A stretch of DNA of 64,000 bases from Thermodesulfobacteriota bacterium (GCA_965203965.1 CBDBDR010000017.1:480001-544000); one strand, 5' to 3'. Positions 50,801-60,495 are shown, counted from the first letter of the stretch. Notes: generated by a model from the letters alone, not told the origin. Translations and numbers: made by a program.

Positions 50801-51553
50801 AGGCAACTTTACAATGACGCAAATGAACTACTTAAAGACATCGTGAGAAACAAAAGGTTCAACCCCAGAGCCGTTTTAGGAATATGGCATGCATGCTCCG
50901 TTGGTGATGACGTGAAAGTTTATGAGGCAGAAAAAGAGGCTCTAATTCACCTGAGATTTTTAAGACAACAACAATTCAGAGGCAACAACAAACCGTATTT
51001 CTGCTTGTCGGATTTCATTGCACCAGAAGATTGTGGGATTATTGACCACGTTGGGGCATTTGTTGTAACATCAGGTGAAGAGGTAGATGAATTTGCCTCA
51101 TTCTATAAGAATAAAAATGACGACTACAACGCAATAATAGTACAAGCACTTGGTGACAGAGTTGCCGAAGCTCTGGCTGAAATGTTCCATGAAAAGATCA
51201 GAAAGGAGATATGGGGTTATTCAAAAGGTGAAGATCTGTCACGTGAGGATTTTATTAAAGAGAAATACAGAGGAATAAGACCCGCTCCGGGTTATCCTTC
51301 ATGTCCTGATCACACCGAAAAGGAAAAGCTCTGGAAGTTGCTCAACGCCAGAAAACACACGGGCGTAACGCTTACTGAAACTTATGCAATGACGCCCGGC
51401 AGTTCAGTTGCCGGATACTATTTTGCAAATCCCGGATCAAAATATTTTAATTTGGGAAAAATTCAAAAAGACCAAGTTGAAGACTATGCAAAAAGAAAGA
51501 ACTTGACGGTTGAAGAGGTGGAAAGATGGCTTCAACCTAATTTGGGTTACTGA
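47846..51553 (+). CDS. metH: Cobalamin-dependent methionine synthase
   Basis: [35 protein letters not shown]12 motif, RPAPGYP.CP.H. Confidence 0.98.
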   Translation: MFEAIAKTEVYNFLNDLLQRRILFLDGAMGTMIQKYQLEEADFRKDLFKEHGIDLKGNNDLLSLTRPDVIFDIHTQYFEAGADIVETNTFSATRIAQADYGLEHIVKDLNVESAKLAKKAAKKVMEKNPERVCFVAGAIGPTNRTASMSPDVNDPAYRAVTFQELSAAYREQVEALVEGGVDILLPETTFDTLNLKAAIYAIEEFFESYGKRLPVMLSVTITDQSGRTLSGQTISAFWNSVKHAKPLSVGINCALGAEDMRPYIEELSNIADCYISCYPNAGLPNPLSETGYDQTPEITAGLLKDFGKSGFLNVVGGCCGTTPEHIGCIVENIKNLKPRQIPKVEPATRISGLETLTIKPGKDSPFIMIGERTNVTGSMKFAKLIKEDDFESAISVALQQVENGANIIDVNFDEGLLDGEKYMEKFLNLVASEPDIAKVPIMIDSSKFSVIEAGLKCVQGKCIVNSISLKEGEEEFIKQAKTVMKYGAAVVVMAFDQDGQAAETEDKIRICKRAYKILTEKVGMDSTDIIFDPNILTVATGIEEHDNYAVNFINAVSKIKNSCPGSLTSGGVSNISFSLRGNNIVREAMHSAFLYHAIEAGLDMGIVNAGMLAVYDDVQKELLEKVENVLLNKKPGATQDLIDHAQQFMGVKGSNKKKDDKKWRKKTVEERLKYSLVNGISDFVEKDTEETRVKYDQPLNVIEGPLMDGMKTVGKLFGEGKMFLPQVVKSARVMKKAVAYLEPFMKDHKVNSQNTRGKFVIATVKGDVHDIGKNIVSVVLSCNNYEVIDLGVMVSCDRILNTAKDKGANIIGLSGLITPSLDEMVYNAAEMERQKFNVPLLIGGATTSSAHTAIKIAPNYKGIVEHVRDASLVVGICNDLLNPEKADSYKLKLKKGQDKLRKLHAESSVEKSYLTISEAREKKGFTTDWKKAEVIKPEKLGIQVFKDISINEVTKYIDWSPFFWVWELKGVFPKIFENKNYGKQARQLYNDANELLKDIVRNKRFNPRAVLGIWHACSVGDDVKVYEAEKEALIHLRFLRQQQFRGNNKPYFCLSDFIAPEDCGIIDHVGAFVVTSGEEVDEFASFYKNKNDDYNAIIVQALGDRVAEALAEMFHEKIRKEIWGYSKGEDLSREDFIKEKYRGIRPAPGYPSCPDHTEKEKLWKLLNARKHTGVTLTETYAMTPGSSVAGYYFANPGSKYFNLGKIQKDQVEDYAKRKNLTVEEVERWLQPNLGY

Positions 51554-51604
51554 TATTACGTTTTTGATGTATCTTATAAGGGAAAGAGTTCATATATTGC
51601 CATA

Positions 51605-52480
51605 ATGAAAATTAACATTCCTGAATTGATAATATTGCTTGGAGATTGCGGTGAGAAACTCAAAGATCTAAGAGACAATTCAGTTGATCTCGTATTTACA
51701 TCTCCTCCTTACGCTGATCAGAGAAAAAATAGTTACGGGGGTGTTTCTCCGAGTAAATACGTTGAATGGTTTCTACCGATCTCTAAGGAACTTTTAAGAG
51801 TTTTGAAACCCTCTGGAACTTTTATCCTCAATATCAAAGAAAGAGTAGTAAGAGGAGAACGTCATACTTACGTGCTTGAGCTAATAATGGCAATGCGTGA
51901 GCAAGGATGGTTTTGGACGGAAGAGTTTATTTGGCACAAAAAGAATTGCTACCCGGGTAAATGGCCAAACAGGTTTAGAGACTCTTGGGAAAGGCTTTTA
52001 CAGTTTAATAAAGACAAACATTTTAAAATGCTTCAGGAATCCGTGATGGTTCCTACGGGAAGTTGGGCAAAAAACAGGCTTAAAAGTTTGAGTGAAACCG
52101 ATAAAATACGGGATGAATCGAGGGTTGGTAGTGGTTTCGGAAAAAATATTTCAAATTGGATAGGTAGAGATAGGGTATATCCTACGAACGTTTTACACAT
52201 GGCTACGGAATGCGGAAATAAAGGGCACAGTGCCACTTTTCCAAAAGCACTTCCGCAGTGGTTTATCAACTTGTTTACAGAGGAAGGCGATACAGTTCTT
52301 GATCCATTTGCCGGCTCCGGAACAACTCTTGAGGCAGCACATAAGCTCAACAGAAATTCCATTGGTATTGAAATCAATCACAATTTTTACGAACTTATGA
52401 AGCAAACCTTAAAAAAACGAGAAAAACACCGCAGGCTCTTGGAAAAGAAAGCAAGGAACTATGAAAAAGATCACGTTTGA
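51605..52480 (+). CDS. Beta-class amino-DNA methyltransferase, probably N4-cytosine
   Basis: Motif IV TSPPY near the N-terminus, H.A.FP, motif I VLDPFAGSGTT near the C-terminus. Confidence 0.92.
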   Translation: MKINIPELIILLGDCGEKLKDLRDNSVDLVFTSPPYADQRKNSYGGVSPSKYVEWFLPISKELLRVLKPSGTFILNIKERVVRGERHTYVLELIMAMREQGWFWTEEFIWHKKNCYPGKWPNRFRDSWERLLQFNKDKHFKMLQESVMVPTGSWAKNRLKSLSETDKIRDESRVGSGFGKNISNWIGRDRVYPTNVLHMATECGNKGHSATFPKALPQWFINLFTEEGDTVLDPFAGSGTTLEAAHKLNRNSIGIEINHNFYELMKQTLKKREKHRRLLEKKARNYEKDHV

Positions 52481-53210
52481 TCAGGTAAGAAGCTATGTTG
52501 AAAATAATATAACAAGTTTTCATTTCACTCGACTTGAAAGTTTGAATGATTTAAAACTTGATAAAATACTGAAAAGAAAAAACCCTTATTTGTTCAGAGC
52601 CAAAAACTTAATTAACGCCTCTGACCTTGTTAAAACTTTTCTTGATGCTCATTTATCATCACAGGAAGAAACAATATTTGGAGATTTTCTGGAAGGTCTT
52701 GCTATCTTTGTAAATGAAAAAGTGTATCAAGGTTGGAAATCATCTGCCGAAGGCATAGACCTTGAGTTTAACACAGACAACATTAGATACATAGTTTCCA
52801 TTAAATCTGGCCCCAATTGGGGGAACTCCAGTCAGATCAAAAAAATGAAAGATGCATTCCTTCAAGCTCAAAAAATTCTCAAGCAAAAAAATAGAAATAT
52901 GAACGTTCAAGCCGTAAACGGCTGTTGTTATGGAAGGGATACCAGACCCGACAAAAAAGGCTATTTCAAATACTGTGGGCAAAGGTTTTGGGAATTTATA
53001 TCCAATGACCCTGAGTTATACACTGAAATAATTGAACCCCTTGGCCATAATGCAAAAAAGAAAAATGATGAATTTATGGAAGATTATGTACGAGTTGTTA
53101 ATAAGTTTTCTCAATCTTTTATGGAACGTTTTTGTAAAGACGGAGCAATTCAATGGGAAGAGTTATTACGATTTAATTCTTCTCAGTTAAAAAACAAACA
53201 AGAGAGGTAA
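52461..53210 (+). CDS. Type II restriction endonuclease, PmeII-like
   Basis: KRKNPYLF, SS.ET.FG..LE, GIDLEF, IKSGPNWGN, G..FW..I; overlaps the MTase by 20 nt. Confidence 0.8.
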   Translation: MKKITFDQVRSYVENNITSFHFTRLESLNDLKLDKILKRKNPYLFRAKNLINASDLVKTFLDAHLSSQEETIFGDFLEGLAIFVNEKVYQGWKSSAEGIDLEFNTDNIRYIVSIKSGPNWGNSSQIKKMKDAFLQAQKILKQKNRNMNVQAVNGCCYGRDTRPDKKGYFKYCGQRFWEFISNDPELYTEIIEPLGHNAKKKNDEFMEDYVRVVNKFSQSFMERFCKDGAIQWEELLRFNSSQLKNKQER

Positions 53211-53217
53211 TTACTCA

Positions 53218-53427
53218 ATGAAAACCTATCAAGTAGTTTTAACAAGAGGTTATCTTGTTTCCGTAAAAGCAGAAAGTGAAAATAAAGCTATGAGATTCGC
53301 TGAACATTATTTAGGAAATTGTATTGATTGTTCAGATGAAGAAGAACAGGTGCGCAATAATTTCTCAATAGAGGAAATAGAAATGACTTATAATGAAGCG
53401 CATGAAGTTACTGAAATAACAGACTGA
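53218..53427 (+). CDS. Small acidic hypothetical protein, possibly DpnD/PcfM-like
   Basis: GAGGT RBS, 69 aa, MKTY.V...Y.V.V.AESE..A pattern. Confidence 0.55.
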   Translation: MKTYQVVLTRGYLVSVKAESENKAMRFAEHYLGNCIDCSDEEEQVRNNFSIEEIEMTYNEAHEVTEITD

Positions 53428-53480
53428 GGCAGAGCCAGCAATCTATGATTCCCTCTTTTATTGCTACCCCGTTGGAGATA

Positions 53481-53531
53481 CTACCCCGTCATTGCCTAAC
53501 GGCAATGCCACCCCTTCTGAGAAGGGGAATT
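53481..53531 (+). repeat. REP-like double-hairpin element, copy 1
   Basis: CTACCCCGTC-ATTGCC taac GGCAAT-GCCA-CCCCTTC tga GAAGGGG-AAT. Confidence 0.75.
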
Positions 53532-53588
53532 GACCGTTCCCATTTCCCTCCTACGGAGAGGCTCAGGCAACTCCTAACAAAGCAGTCC

Positions 53589-53636
53589 ATTCCCCTCCTG
53601 TGGAGGGGTGGCAGTCCAAAAGGACTGACGGGGTGG
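53589..53636 (-). repeat. REP-like double-hairpin element, copy 2 (inverted)
   Basis: Reverse complement CCACCCCGTC-AGTCC tttt GGACT-GCCA-CCCCTCC aca GGAGGGG-AAT. Confidence 0.75.
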
Positions 53637-53835
53637 TCAATAAAAGGGGTAAGTCCATCCTGCTTCGCATTCCTAAACACGAGCATTACGTTGATTATTG
53701 ACCCTTTAAATGGGATTTAAACAGTGTTTAACAAGGGATTATTCCTCACTTATGCCTTGTGTCAGGAAAAATTAAATGATAATAAAATGTTTTGTCTAAA
53801 AACTTAAATGAAAAACAGATTATTTAAGGCAAGTT

Positions 53836-54861
53836 ATGAACACAATCAAAAGCAAAGTAAAAAATTTTATTAAGAAATGGCTCAATCCTCTGACTCTTGA
53901 AGGTGCCCTTGTATATCTGAGCGTCGTAAATATAGGTATAAATGTACTTGCCTATTGGTTACATTGGGAAGGTTGGTTTGCCGAAAACACACCCATAAAC
54001 GAGATCATAAGAAATAATATGCTCATATTAGGAGGTATTTGGGCATTTTACGGGATTATGTTAGCAGCACGCAGAATAAAATTACAAGAGCGGGGAATAG
54101 AAATACAAGAACGCAGACAAGTAGCCGAGCGATTTGCCCGTGCTGCCGAGCAACTTGACAGCAAAAGCGATTCCGTCCGCATGGTGGCTATATTAGCGTT
54201 GCAAAAGGTCGCCAATGAAGCAGATGAAAAAACATTCCAAGACGTGGTTAAAACTCTGTGTTCTTATGTCAGAGAAAATCGTCCAATAAAAGAAAGAAGC
54301 AAAGATACTCAGGATACTCCATCAAAGTTTCCCGAATATTTGCAACAAATAATAGATTTCTTGAGTGAGATTGATAATACAAAAAGACTTGATGAAAACA
54401 ACAACCCCAAAATAGATTTATCTGCCACAGATCTGAGGGGTGCACCATGGATCTATGGAAAAAATCTCAGTAAATTCAATTTGAATAAAGCAAATCTAAA
54501 GGAAGTAGAACTGTGGAATTCAATTCTGAAAAGGGTCTATTTGTCAGGAGCAGATTTGGAAAGGGTGAATTTATCGATAGCAGATCTGAAAGAGGCGAAT
54601 TTGTCAGGAGCAAATCTGAAAGAGGCGAATTTGTTCGGAGCAGATCTGAAAGAGGCAAATTTGAGAGGAGCAAATCTGGAAATGGCAGGCTTGGTGGGAG
54701 TAAATTTGGAAATGGCAGACTTGAAAGAAGCAAACTTTACAAGTGTAAACACCACCAACATAAAGGGGCTTGAAAGCACTAATAATATCGAAACCGTATT
54801 AAGCCCAACCACTGAGATCAGTGCGGAAATAAAAAGACGCAAACAAAAAAAGTCCAATTAG
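53836..54861 (+). CDS. Membrane-anchored pentapeptide-repeat protein
   Basis: Two N-terminal TM segments, ERF..A.EQL.S....R..AI..L motif, C-terminal A(D/N)LxE pentapeptide repeats. Confidence 0.88.
   Translation: MNTIKSKVKNFIKKWLNPLTLEGALVYLSVVNIGINVLAYWLHWEGWFAENTPINEIIRNNMLILGGIWAFYGIMLAARRIKLQERGIEIQERRQVAERFARAAEQLDSKSDSVRMVAILALQKVANEADEKTFQDVVKTLCSYVRENRPIKERSKDTQDTPSKFPEYLQQIIDFLSEIDNTKRLDENNNPKIDLSATDLRGAPWIYGKNLSKFNLNKANLKEVELWNSILKRVYLSGADLERVNLSIADLKEANLSGANLKEANLFGADLKEANLRGANLEMAGLVGVNLEMADLKEANFTSVNTTNIKGLESTNNIETVLSPTTEISAEIKRRKQKKSN
54541..54720 (+). repeat. Six imperfect 30-nt tandem coding repeats (two pentapeptides each)
   Basis: TTGTCAGGAGCAGATCTGAAAGAGGCGAAT-like units at 30-nt period. 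Confidence 0.85.
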
Positions 54862-56117
54862 CCAATCACTTCAAAAATCCTATCCAAATCCCCGATCTTT
54901 ACCTTTACCTCACTACTCTCTGACATATTACGAATTATCAGATCACCACTTTGCACCTCTTGCTCACCAATTATTATTGCAAACATAGCATTTAGGCGGT
55001 TAGCTTTCTTCAACTGGCTTTTTAAACTCTTTGGATCATGCTCCATAACCACTGTTTTTCCGGTCTTTCTTATTTCACCCGCGACCTTAAACCCTTCAAT
55101 GAAAGAGTTATCCCCGATCCATGCTATGTAAACATCCGCACTTGGTTCAAAGCCGTCTTTTTGCAGTTGTTCATGCAGGATAACTATTCTCTCAAGACCA
55201 AGTGCAAAGCCTACCGCCGGTGTTGAATTACCTCCCATCTGCTCCACTAAACCGTTATACCTGCCTCCTGCTGCAATGGCGTTCTGGGATCCAAGCAGAT
55301 CAGTTACAAATTCAAATACCGTCTCGGTATAGTAGTCTAATCCCCTCACGATCCTGCTGTTTATCTCAAAAGGAATGGAGAGAGAGTTTAGAACGTCAAT
55401 TAACCTGTTAAAATGATCCCTGCTGTTGGTAGTAAGAAAATCAATTATAGCAGGGGCGTCATCGGTCAACTTCTTGCATTCTGCGTTTTTACAGTCCAAG
55501 ATCCGCAGTGGGTTTGTATCTAGCCTCTTCCCGCATTGTTCACACATACTTTCTCTATGCGGGGAAAGAAACTCTGCAAGGGCATCCTTATAGTTTTCTC
55601 TGGAAGTTTCATCTCCAATTGAGTTCATCTCTAACTTTACTGAACTATCAAAGCCGATACGTTCAAAAAAACTCCATAAAACACTTATGACTTCTACGTC
55701 TGCGTTTGGACTGCCTGAGCCAAAATATTCACAGCCTATTTGCGTAAAGCCCCTGTATCTTCCTTTCTGGGGTCTTTCATGCCTGAACATAGAGCCAATG
55801 TAGTAAAGTTTTGTCGTAGGGGATATTTTTCCTAAAGAATTCTCAATATAAGACCTGACGACACCAGCAGTCCCTTCGGGGCGGAGAGTAATGTAAGAGC
55901 CGTCCCTGTCCTCAAAAGTATACATTTCCTTTGTAACTATATCGGTGGTGCTGCCTATCCCTGATTGGAATACATCGGTAAACTCAAGAACTGGTATTCG
56001 TATTTCGTTGAAACCATGAGACTCTAAAACATTTCTTGCTTGTGCCTCAATGTATTGCCATCTTTTGACCTGCGAGGGCAGGACGTCATGAAATCCCCTG
56101 ACTGATTTATGCTTCAT
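54858..56117 (-). CDS. hisS: Histidyl-tRNA synthetase
   Basis: RGFHD.LP, LRPEGTAG, FRHERPQKGRYR.F.Q, VRGLDYY, GGRY.GL, GLERI. Confidence 0.98.
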   Translation of the reverse strand: MKHKSVRGFHDVLPSQVKRWQYIEAQARNVLESHGFNEIRIPVLEFTDVFQSGIGSTTDIVTKEMYTFEDRDGSYITLRPEGTAGVVRSYIENSLGKISPTTKLYYIGSMFRHERPQKGRYRGFTQIGCEYFGSGSPNADVEVISVLWSFFERIGFDSSVKLEMNSIGDETSRENYKDALAEFLSPHRESMCEQCGKRLDTNPLRILDCKNAECKKLTDDAPAIIDFLTTNSRDHFNRLIDVLNSLSIPFEINSRIVRGLDYYTETVFEFVTDLLGSQNAIAAGGRYNGLVEQMGGNSTPAVGFALGLERIVILHEQLQKDGFEPSADVYIAWIGDNSFIEGFKVAGEIRKTGKTVVMEHDPKSLKSQLKKANRLNAMFAIIIGEQEVQSGDLIIRNMSESSEVKVKIGDLDRIFEVIG

Positions 56118-56189
56118 ACTTGAACGTGTTATTATATCCCAGCATACGACTTAAAAACATAACCGATACAATTTTGCAGCCTGATTAAA

Positions 56190-57323
56190 ATGAAAAAACC
56201 AAGAGTATGCTACGTCGGAAGCCCAGAGCTTTTTTCAAAGGGCGCAAGCTCAATATATATTATGAAAATGTGTCAAGCAATGAGCAAGATGGGTTTTCAA
56301 ATTGAATTGGTCTTTCCGAGTTACGACAGGAATAAAGATATTTTTGACTACTATGGGGTGGATGAGAGTTTTAAGATCACTGCAATCCCCTATACTAATT
56401 TCATCAATCGTCAGATCGTCCACGGTTTTGCAAGTGCGGTTTACTGCAAGATCAATAGAGACAGTTTTGACCTGATCCTAACTACAAACATTATTTGCAC
56501 CTATTTTGCAACCAAATTCTTTAACATTCCGACGATCTATGACGCACACCACCCACTGGTCAACGGTATTGCGAAGAAGATGTTCAAGAGCTTTAAAGAT
56601 TCTGACAATCTACTGAAAGTTACTGCCAATTCTGGGGGACTTGCAAATATGTATATCAAGGAAGGGTTAAACAAAGAAAAATTGATCGTTTCCCATAATG
56701 GGGTGGAAATTGAAAGGTTTCAAACCGACGCGTCAATTTCTGACCTCAGAAGAGAGCTTGGATTGCCTGCTGACGTAAAAATAGTCTGTTATTGCGGAAA
56801 CACTTATAGCGGCAGAGGAATTGAGATGCTGATAGAAGCCGCATTAAAATATAAAGACCTTATTTTTCTAATCGTGGGTGGGCTTGAGGATGACAATAAA
56901 CGATATGAATTTATGGCGGGCGAGCGACGTCTGAAAAATTTCTTAATAAAAGGATTTGTCCCCCACACTGAAGTTCCAAAATACCTAAAAGCGTCAGACG
57001 TATTGGTTATACCTTACTCATCAGGTATGACGATCAAAGGTGGCACAATAGCTACTGAATTCACCTCGCCAATGAAGCTGTTTGAATACATGGCAGCAGG
57101 CAAACCCATTGTTTCAAGTGCACTTCCTACAATAACCGAGATACTTGAAGACGGAAAAACGGCAGCTCTCTTTGAAGCAGATAATTTTGGTTCATTTTGC
57201 GAAAAATTGGATTTGGTTTTAAGCAACTCGGATTATTCAAAAACCTTGTCAGAAAATGTCTCATCTCAAGTGCTGAACTACACGTGGGAAGCCAGAGTGG
57301 AAAAGATCTTTGAATTGATTTAG
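56190..57323 (+). CDS. Glycosyltransferase family 4
   Basis: HNGV, Y.G......RG, SDVLV.P, SPMKLFEYMAAGKPIV, YTWE.R. Confidence 0.92.
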   Translation: MKKPRVCYVGSPELFSKGASSIYIMKMCQAMSKMGFQIELVFPSYDRNKDIFDYYGVDESFKITAIPYTNFINRQIVHGFASAVYCKINRDSFDLILTTNIICTYFATKFFNIPTIYDAHHPLVNGIAKKMFKSFKDSDNLLKVTANSGGLANMYIKEGLNKEKLIVSHNGVEIERFQTDASISDLRRELGLPADVKIVCYCGNTYSGRGIEMLIEAALKYKDLIFLIVGGLEDDNKRYEFMAGERRLKNFLIKGFVPHTEVPKYLKASDVLVIPYSSGMTIKGGTIATEFTSPMKLFEYMAAGKPIVSSALPTITEILEDGKTAALFEADNFGSFCEKLDLVLSNSDYSKTLSENVSSQVLNYTWEARVEKIFELI

Positions 57324-57353
57324 TTCAGCTTCAGCATTATAATTTGTGCCTTC

Positions 57354-58856
57354 ATGTATCGTCTTATAATTTTCCTATTGATCATTTTAAATACCTGTAT
57401 CAGTCCTTCCAGTTTGCAAGCCCGGCAAATACTCCTTGCAGACCAAAAAGTGGATGATCCCATAGAAAACACAGAGATCTATGATAGCACAGAACTAACT
57501 GACGAAGATCTAACAAGTAAGCCCGGCACGAGGGAATTTTTGCGCGATTCTACAATTTACTACTCCGCCCTGTGGATATTTAGAATGTTTTACGTCCGAA
57601 ATAAGAACGCGAGGATATTTGACACTTCACTTTCCAAATGGGGAAACAATATAAGTCAATTTCCGGTTAGTGATGACGGAGACCAGTTTTTTACAAATTA
57701 CGTTGTGCATCCATTTGCAGGGATGATGTCTTTTTTGTATTACCGTCAAATGGAGCATGAATTATGGGTTGCAGCATTGGGTTCGGCATTGCAAAGCACA
57801 CTATTTGAATACACCATTGAAGGACTTGTGGAGACTCCATCCTTGTCCGACCTCATATTCACGCCACTAATAGGGGTGCCGGTCGGATACGGATTGGAAA
57901 GAACATCCGACTGGTTTTATAACACAAATAGCAAATTGGGAAAAGTCGCCGCACACTTAATTAATCCAATGAGGAACCTTATTGACGACAGAAAAATTGC
58001 TCTCTTTAACCCTCTTACAGGGCAGTATGAGTTCAAGGGTACATTTCAGACCACTTTGCCGACCCACAAGCAAAAGTCCATTCAATACAGTTACCCTGTT
58101 TTGTTTGAACCAGCCTTACCCACTGGTTATTTCCGTGCTTTTATAGAAGTTGCAGAAATGGGAGACCAGTTTAATAATGGGGAGTTTATTTTTTATCACG
58201 TAAAAGCAGAGTTTCCCTCTAACGATCATTTGTACAGTGCTTACATCAGAGTTTCACAGGCAGGTGTAAACAACATAAACGGTGAAAAAGTCAGGGTCAG
58301 AGATGGATTTGAACTTGCAAACATCCTCCTTGGAGGTAAATCCGTACTATACAAGACGGAAAATTCGGCTTACACAGCGGGTTTGGAAGTCATACTGCCG
58401 TTGGCATATAAAGATAACGTTAACAGGCTGAAAACCATTTTTGATAACAGTTTAAGAGATTTTCCTTTTTATGTCAGGAAAACTTTAACTTTTACCCCTT
58501 ATATTTCCACGCTGCATTATCATAAATGGTTGAGTATTCAGAATAATATCGCTCTAGACGTGGTGACGCGTGCTCGAAAACTTGAGGGGGACGGGATTGA
58601 AACAAGGTTAAAATACAACTCTTCAGTCGGTGTATCTCCCCCATGGGAACTGACGGATGCCGTAATATTTGGCGAGTTTAACGGAATAACTACTTTTACT
58701 GCCGATACATTCAAAAATACCGATCTTTCACTTGCAGTCGGGACAAGGATAGGAAGAAGGTTTTCACCCGGATTTACAGCTCGTTTCCCGTTAAATGGGA
58801 CAACTGACGACAATACCAGATTTAGCTACACAGTAGATATGACAATCAGATTTTGA
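57354..58856 (+). CDS. DUF3943-like domain protein with probable C-terminal outer-membrane beta-barrel
   Basis: Signal peptide, D.D.F.TNY..HP..G and S.LFEY..E...E.PS..DL..TP..G motifs, beta-strand-like C-terminal half ending in Phe. Confidence 0.65.
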   Translation: MYRLIIFLLIILNTCISPSSLQARQILLADQKVDDPIENTEIYDSTELTDEDLTSKPGTREFLRDSTIYYSALWIFRMFYVRNKNARIFDTSLSKWGNNISQFPVSDDGDQFFTNYVVHPFAGMMSFLYYRQMEHELWVAALGSALQSTLFEYTIEGLVETPSLSDLIFTPLIGVPVGYGLERTSDWFYNTNSKLGKVAAHLINPMRNLIDDRKIALFNPLTGQYEFKGTFQTTLPTHKQKSIQYSYPVLFEPALPTGYFRAFIEVAEMGDQFNNGEFIFYHVKAEFPSNDHLYSAYIRVSQAGVNNINGEKVRVRDGFELANILLGGKSVLYKTENSAYTAGLEVILPLAYKDNVNRLKTIFDNSLRDFPFYVRKTLTFTPYISTLHYHKWLSIQNNIALDVVTRARKLEGDGIETRLKYNSSVGVSPPWELTDAVIFGEFNGITTFTADTFKNTDLSLAVGTRIGRRFSPGFTARFPLNGTTDDNTRFSYTVDMTIRF

Positions 58857-58879
58857 TACCTTAATTATCTAATTCAAAG

Positions 58880-59170
58880 TTATTTGTTTTCCAATTTTTT
58901 AACAAATTTTTCAATTGGTATAGCGGACATAGTAACCAACTTTAAAGTTCCTCTTGAACCAAGTTCTATTGCTACGCGAGAGATGGTTTCGTTGTCGGGG
59001 GCTTCAAGAATATTTATAAAATCATAAGGTCCCAGCACAGCATATTGCGCATGCACCTTTACACCCATTTTCTCAAGTTCCGTATTAACTTCCTTTATCC
59101 TTTCAGGTCGCATTTTGACAGTTCTCCTGCCCTCATCCGTAAGGGTTGTAAGCATTATATACTTCCCCAC
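58880..59170 (-). CDS. GYD-domain protein
   Basis: Y..L..LTDEG, Y..LG.YD...I.EAPD; GTG start at 59170 after GGAGG. Confidence 0.85.
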   Translation of the reverse strand: MGKYIMLTTLTDEGRRTVKMRPERIKEVNTELEKMGVKVHAQYAVLGPYDFINILEAPDNETISRVAIELGSRGTLKLVTMSAIPIEKFVKKLENK

Positions 59171-59447
59171 TTTATAAAAACCTCCACCTATGTTTAAAAA
59201 CTTCTTTGAACAGTAGAACATAATATAGATATATTCAAGTAATTCTTATCCATCCACGGGAAAACAAAAAACTATGGTAAAATTTCTTCCTAATGAACAA
59301 ACAAAGTAGAATTGGTATAGAACTCGGTAAGAAGTATAAACAACTGAGTGCCACGCTTGAGGCTGACTCTGCCTCAAATAACACTGTAAGAACTCCAAAA
59401 AAAGTGATTGAAATACTTCAATATGCTGTATTTTAGCCCTGTGAACC

Positions 59448-60158
59448 ATGAATAAGATAAAAGCTGTTTTATTTGACGCGGCAGATACGCTTTTCTACAT
59501 CAAGAACGGCTTGGGGCAGACTTACGCCGAACCAGCTCGTAGATACGGTGCGAACCCATCACCGGAACAGTTGAAAAAGGCTTTCTCAAAGCATTTTACC
59601 AAGGCTCCACCATTGGCTTTTAATACCGATGACCACAAGGAAAGAAAAAATCTGGAAAAGGATTGGTGGTATAAAGTAGTGCGTAATGTTTACACCGATA
59701 TTGGAATGTTTGAAAGATTTGATGAATATTTTAACGACCTTTTTGAAATTTTTAGAACTTATGCGTGGGCTATATTTCCAGAGACAAAAGACGTGCTTTC
59801 TCACCTTAAAAACAGGGGATACAAAATGATCGTGGTATCAAATTTTGATTCAAGAGTGTATGACGTTTGCCAAGATCTTGAAATAAAACAATATTTTGAC
59901 GATTTTGTTATATCAAGTGAAGTAGGTTATGCAAAACCTTCCATTAAAATTTTCCTTGCTGCCTTAAAAAGAAATGATCTGACCCCCGATCAATGCGTTC
60001 ACATAGGTGATAATTTCACAAACGATTATATTTGCCCGACAACCATTGGAATTAATGCACTGTTCCTTGATAGGGAAGGCAAAAGTAACTACAATGGAAG
60101 TGATAAAATAAGCAACCTTAACGAGATCATGCAAAAACTTGAAAATAAAAGTTTATGA
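59448..60158 (+). CDS. HAD-IA family hydrolase (HDHD3/REG-2-like)
   Basis: FDAADTL, VSNFD.R, S...G.AKP...IF, HIGD...NDY. Confidence 0.88.
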   Translation: MNKIKAVLFDAADTLFYIKNGLGQTYAEPARRYGANPSPEQLKKAFSKHFTKAPPLAFNTDDHKERKNLEKDWWYKVVRNVYTDIGMFERFDEYFNDLFEIFRTYAWAIFPETKDVLSHLKNRGYKMIVVSNFDSRVYDVCQDLEIKQYFDDFVISSEVGYAKPSIKIFLAALKRNDLTPDQCVHIGDNFTNDYICPTTIGINALFLDREGKSNYNGSDKISNLNEIMQKLENKSL

Positions 60159-60171
60159 CAATGACACATAG

Positions 60172-60495
60172 TTATTGTTGGTCAACGTCCTTTAAAGCCT
60201 CTTCAAATTCATCTGCCATTCCCGGATGCCCATGTCGCCTTGCGGCAGCAATACCTTTTTTATATGCCTTTTTCGCCGCTTCAACCTCTCCAATCTCCAA
60301 GTAGGATTCCGCCAGAAGCCTGAATCCTGCTCCCTCATCACTATATGAGTTAAGATAATGCAGAAGCTCATTTATTGCTTTTTCATACTCATTGAGTTTA
60401 AAGTATTCATTGGCAAGCGAATAACGTATCAAAGAATTATCAGGATTCTTTTCTAGAAGGCTCTTAAATTGTTCAAGTCTGCTTTTCTTACTCAT
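60172..60495 (-). CDS. Small TPR protein
   Basis: SRLEQ...L...PD....RY.LA.EY, A...Y..GI..A...G. Confidence 0.8.
   Translation of the reverse strand: MSKKSRLEQFKSLLEKNPDNSLIRYSLANEYFKLNEYEKAINELLHYLNSYSDEGAGFRLLAESYLEIGEVEAAKKAYKKGIAAARRHGHPGMADEFEEALKDVDQQ

Noticed and set aside
53445..53720. ORFs 53445-53720 (+) and 53489-53686 (-)
   Set aside because: They span the GC-rich REP-like hairpins and give Pro/Arg/Gly-biased translations, so they are probably spurious
54541..54720. Regular 30-nt repeats as a possible CRISPR array
   Set aside because: No unique spacers; the period is a multiple of 3 and is explained by pentapeptide coding repeats; no cas genes
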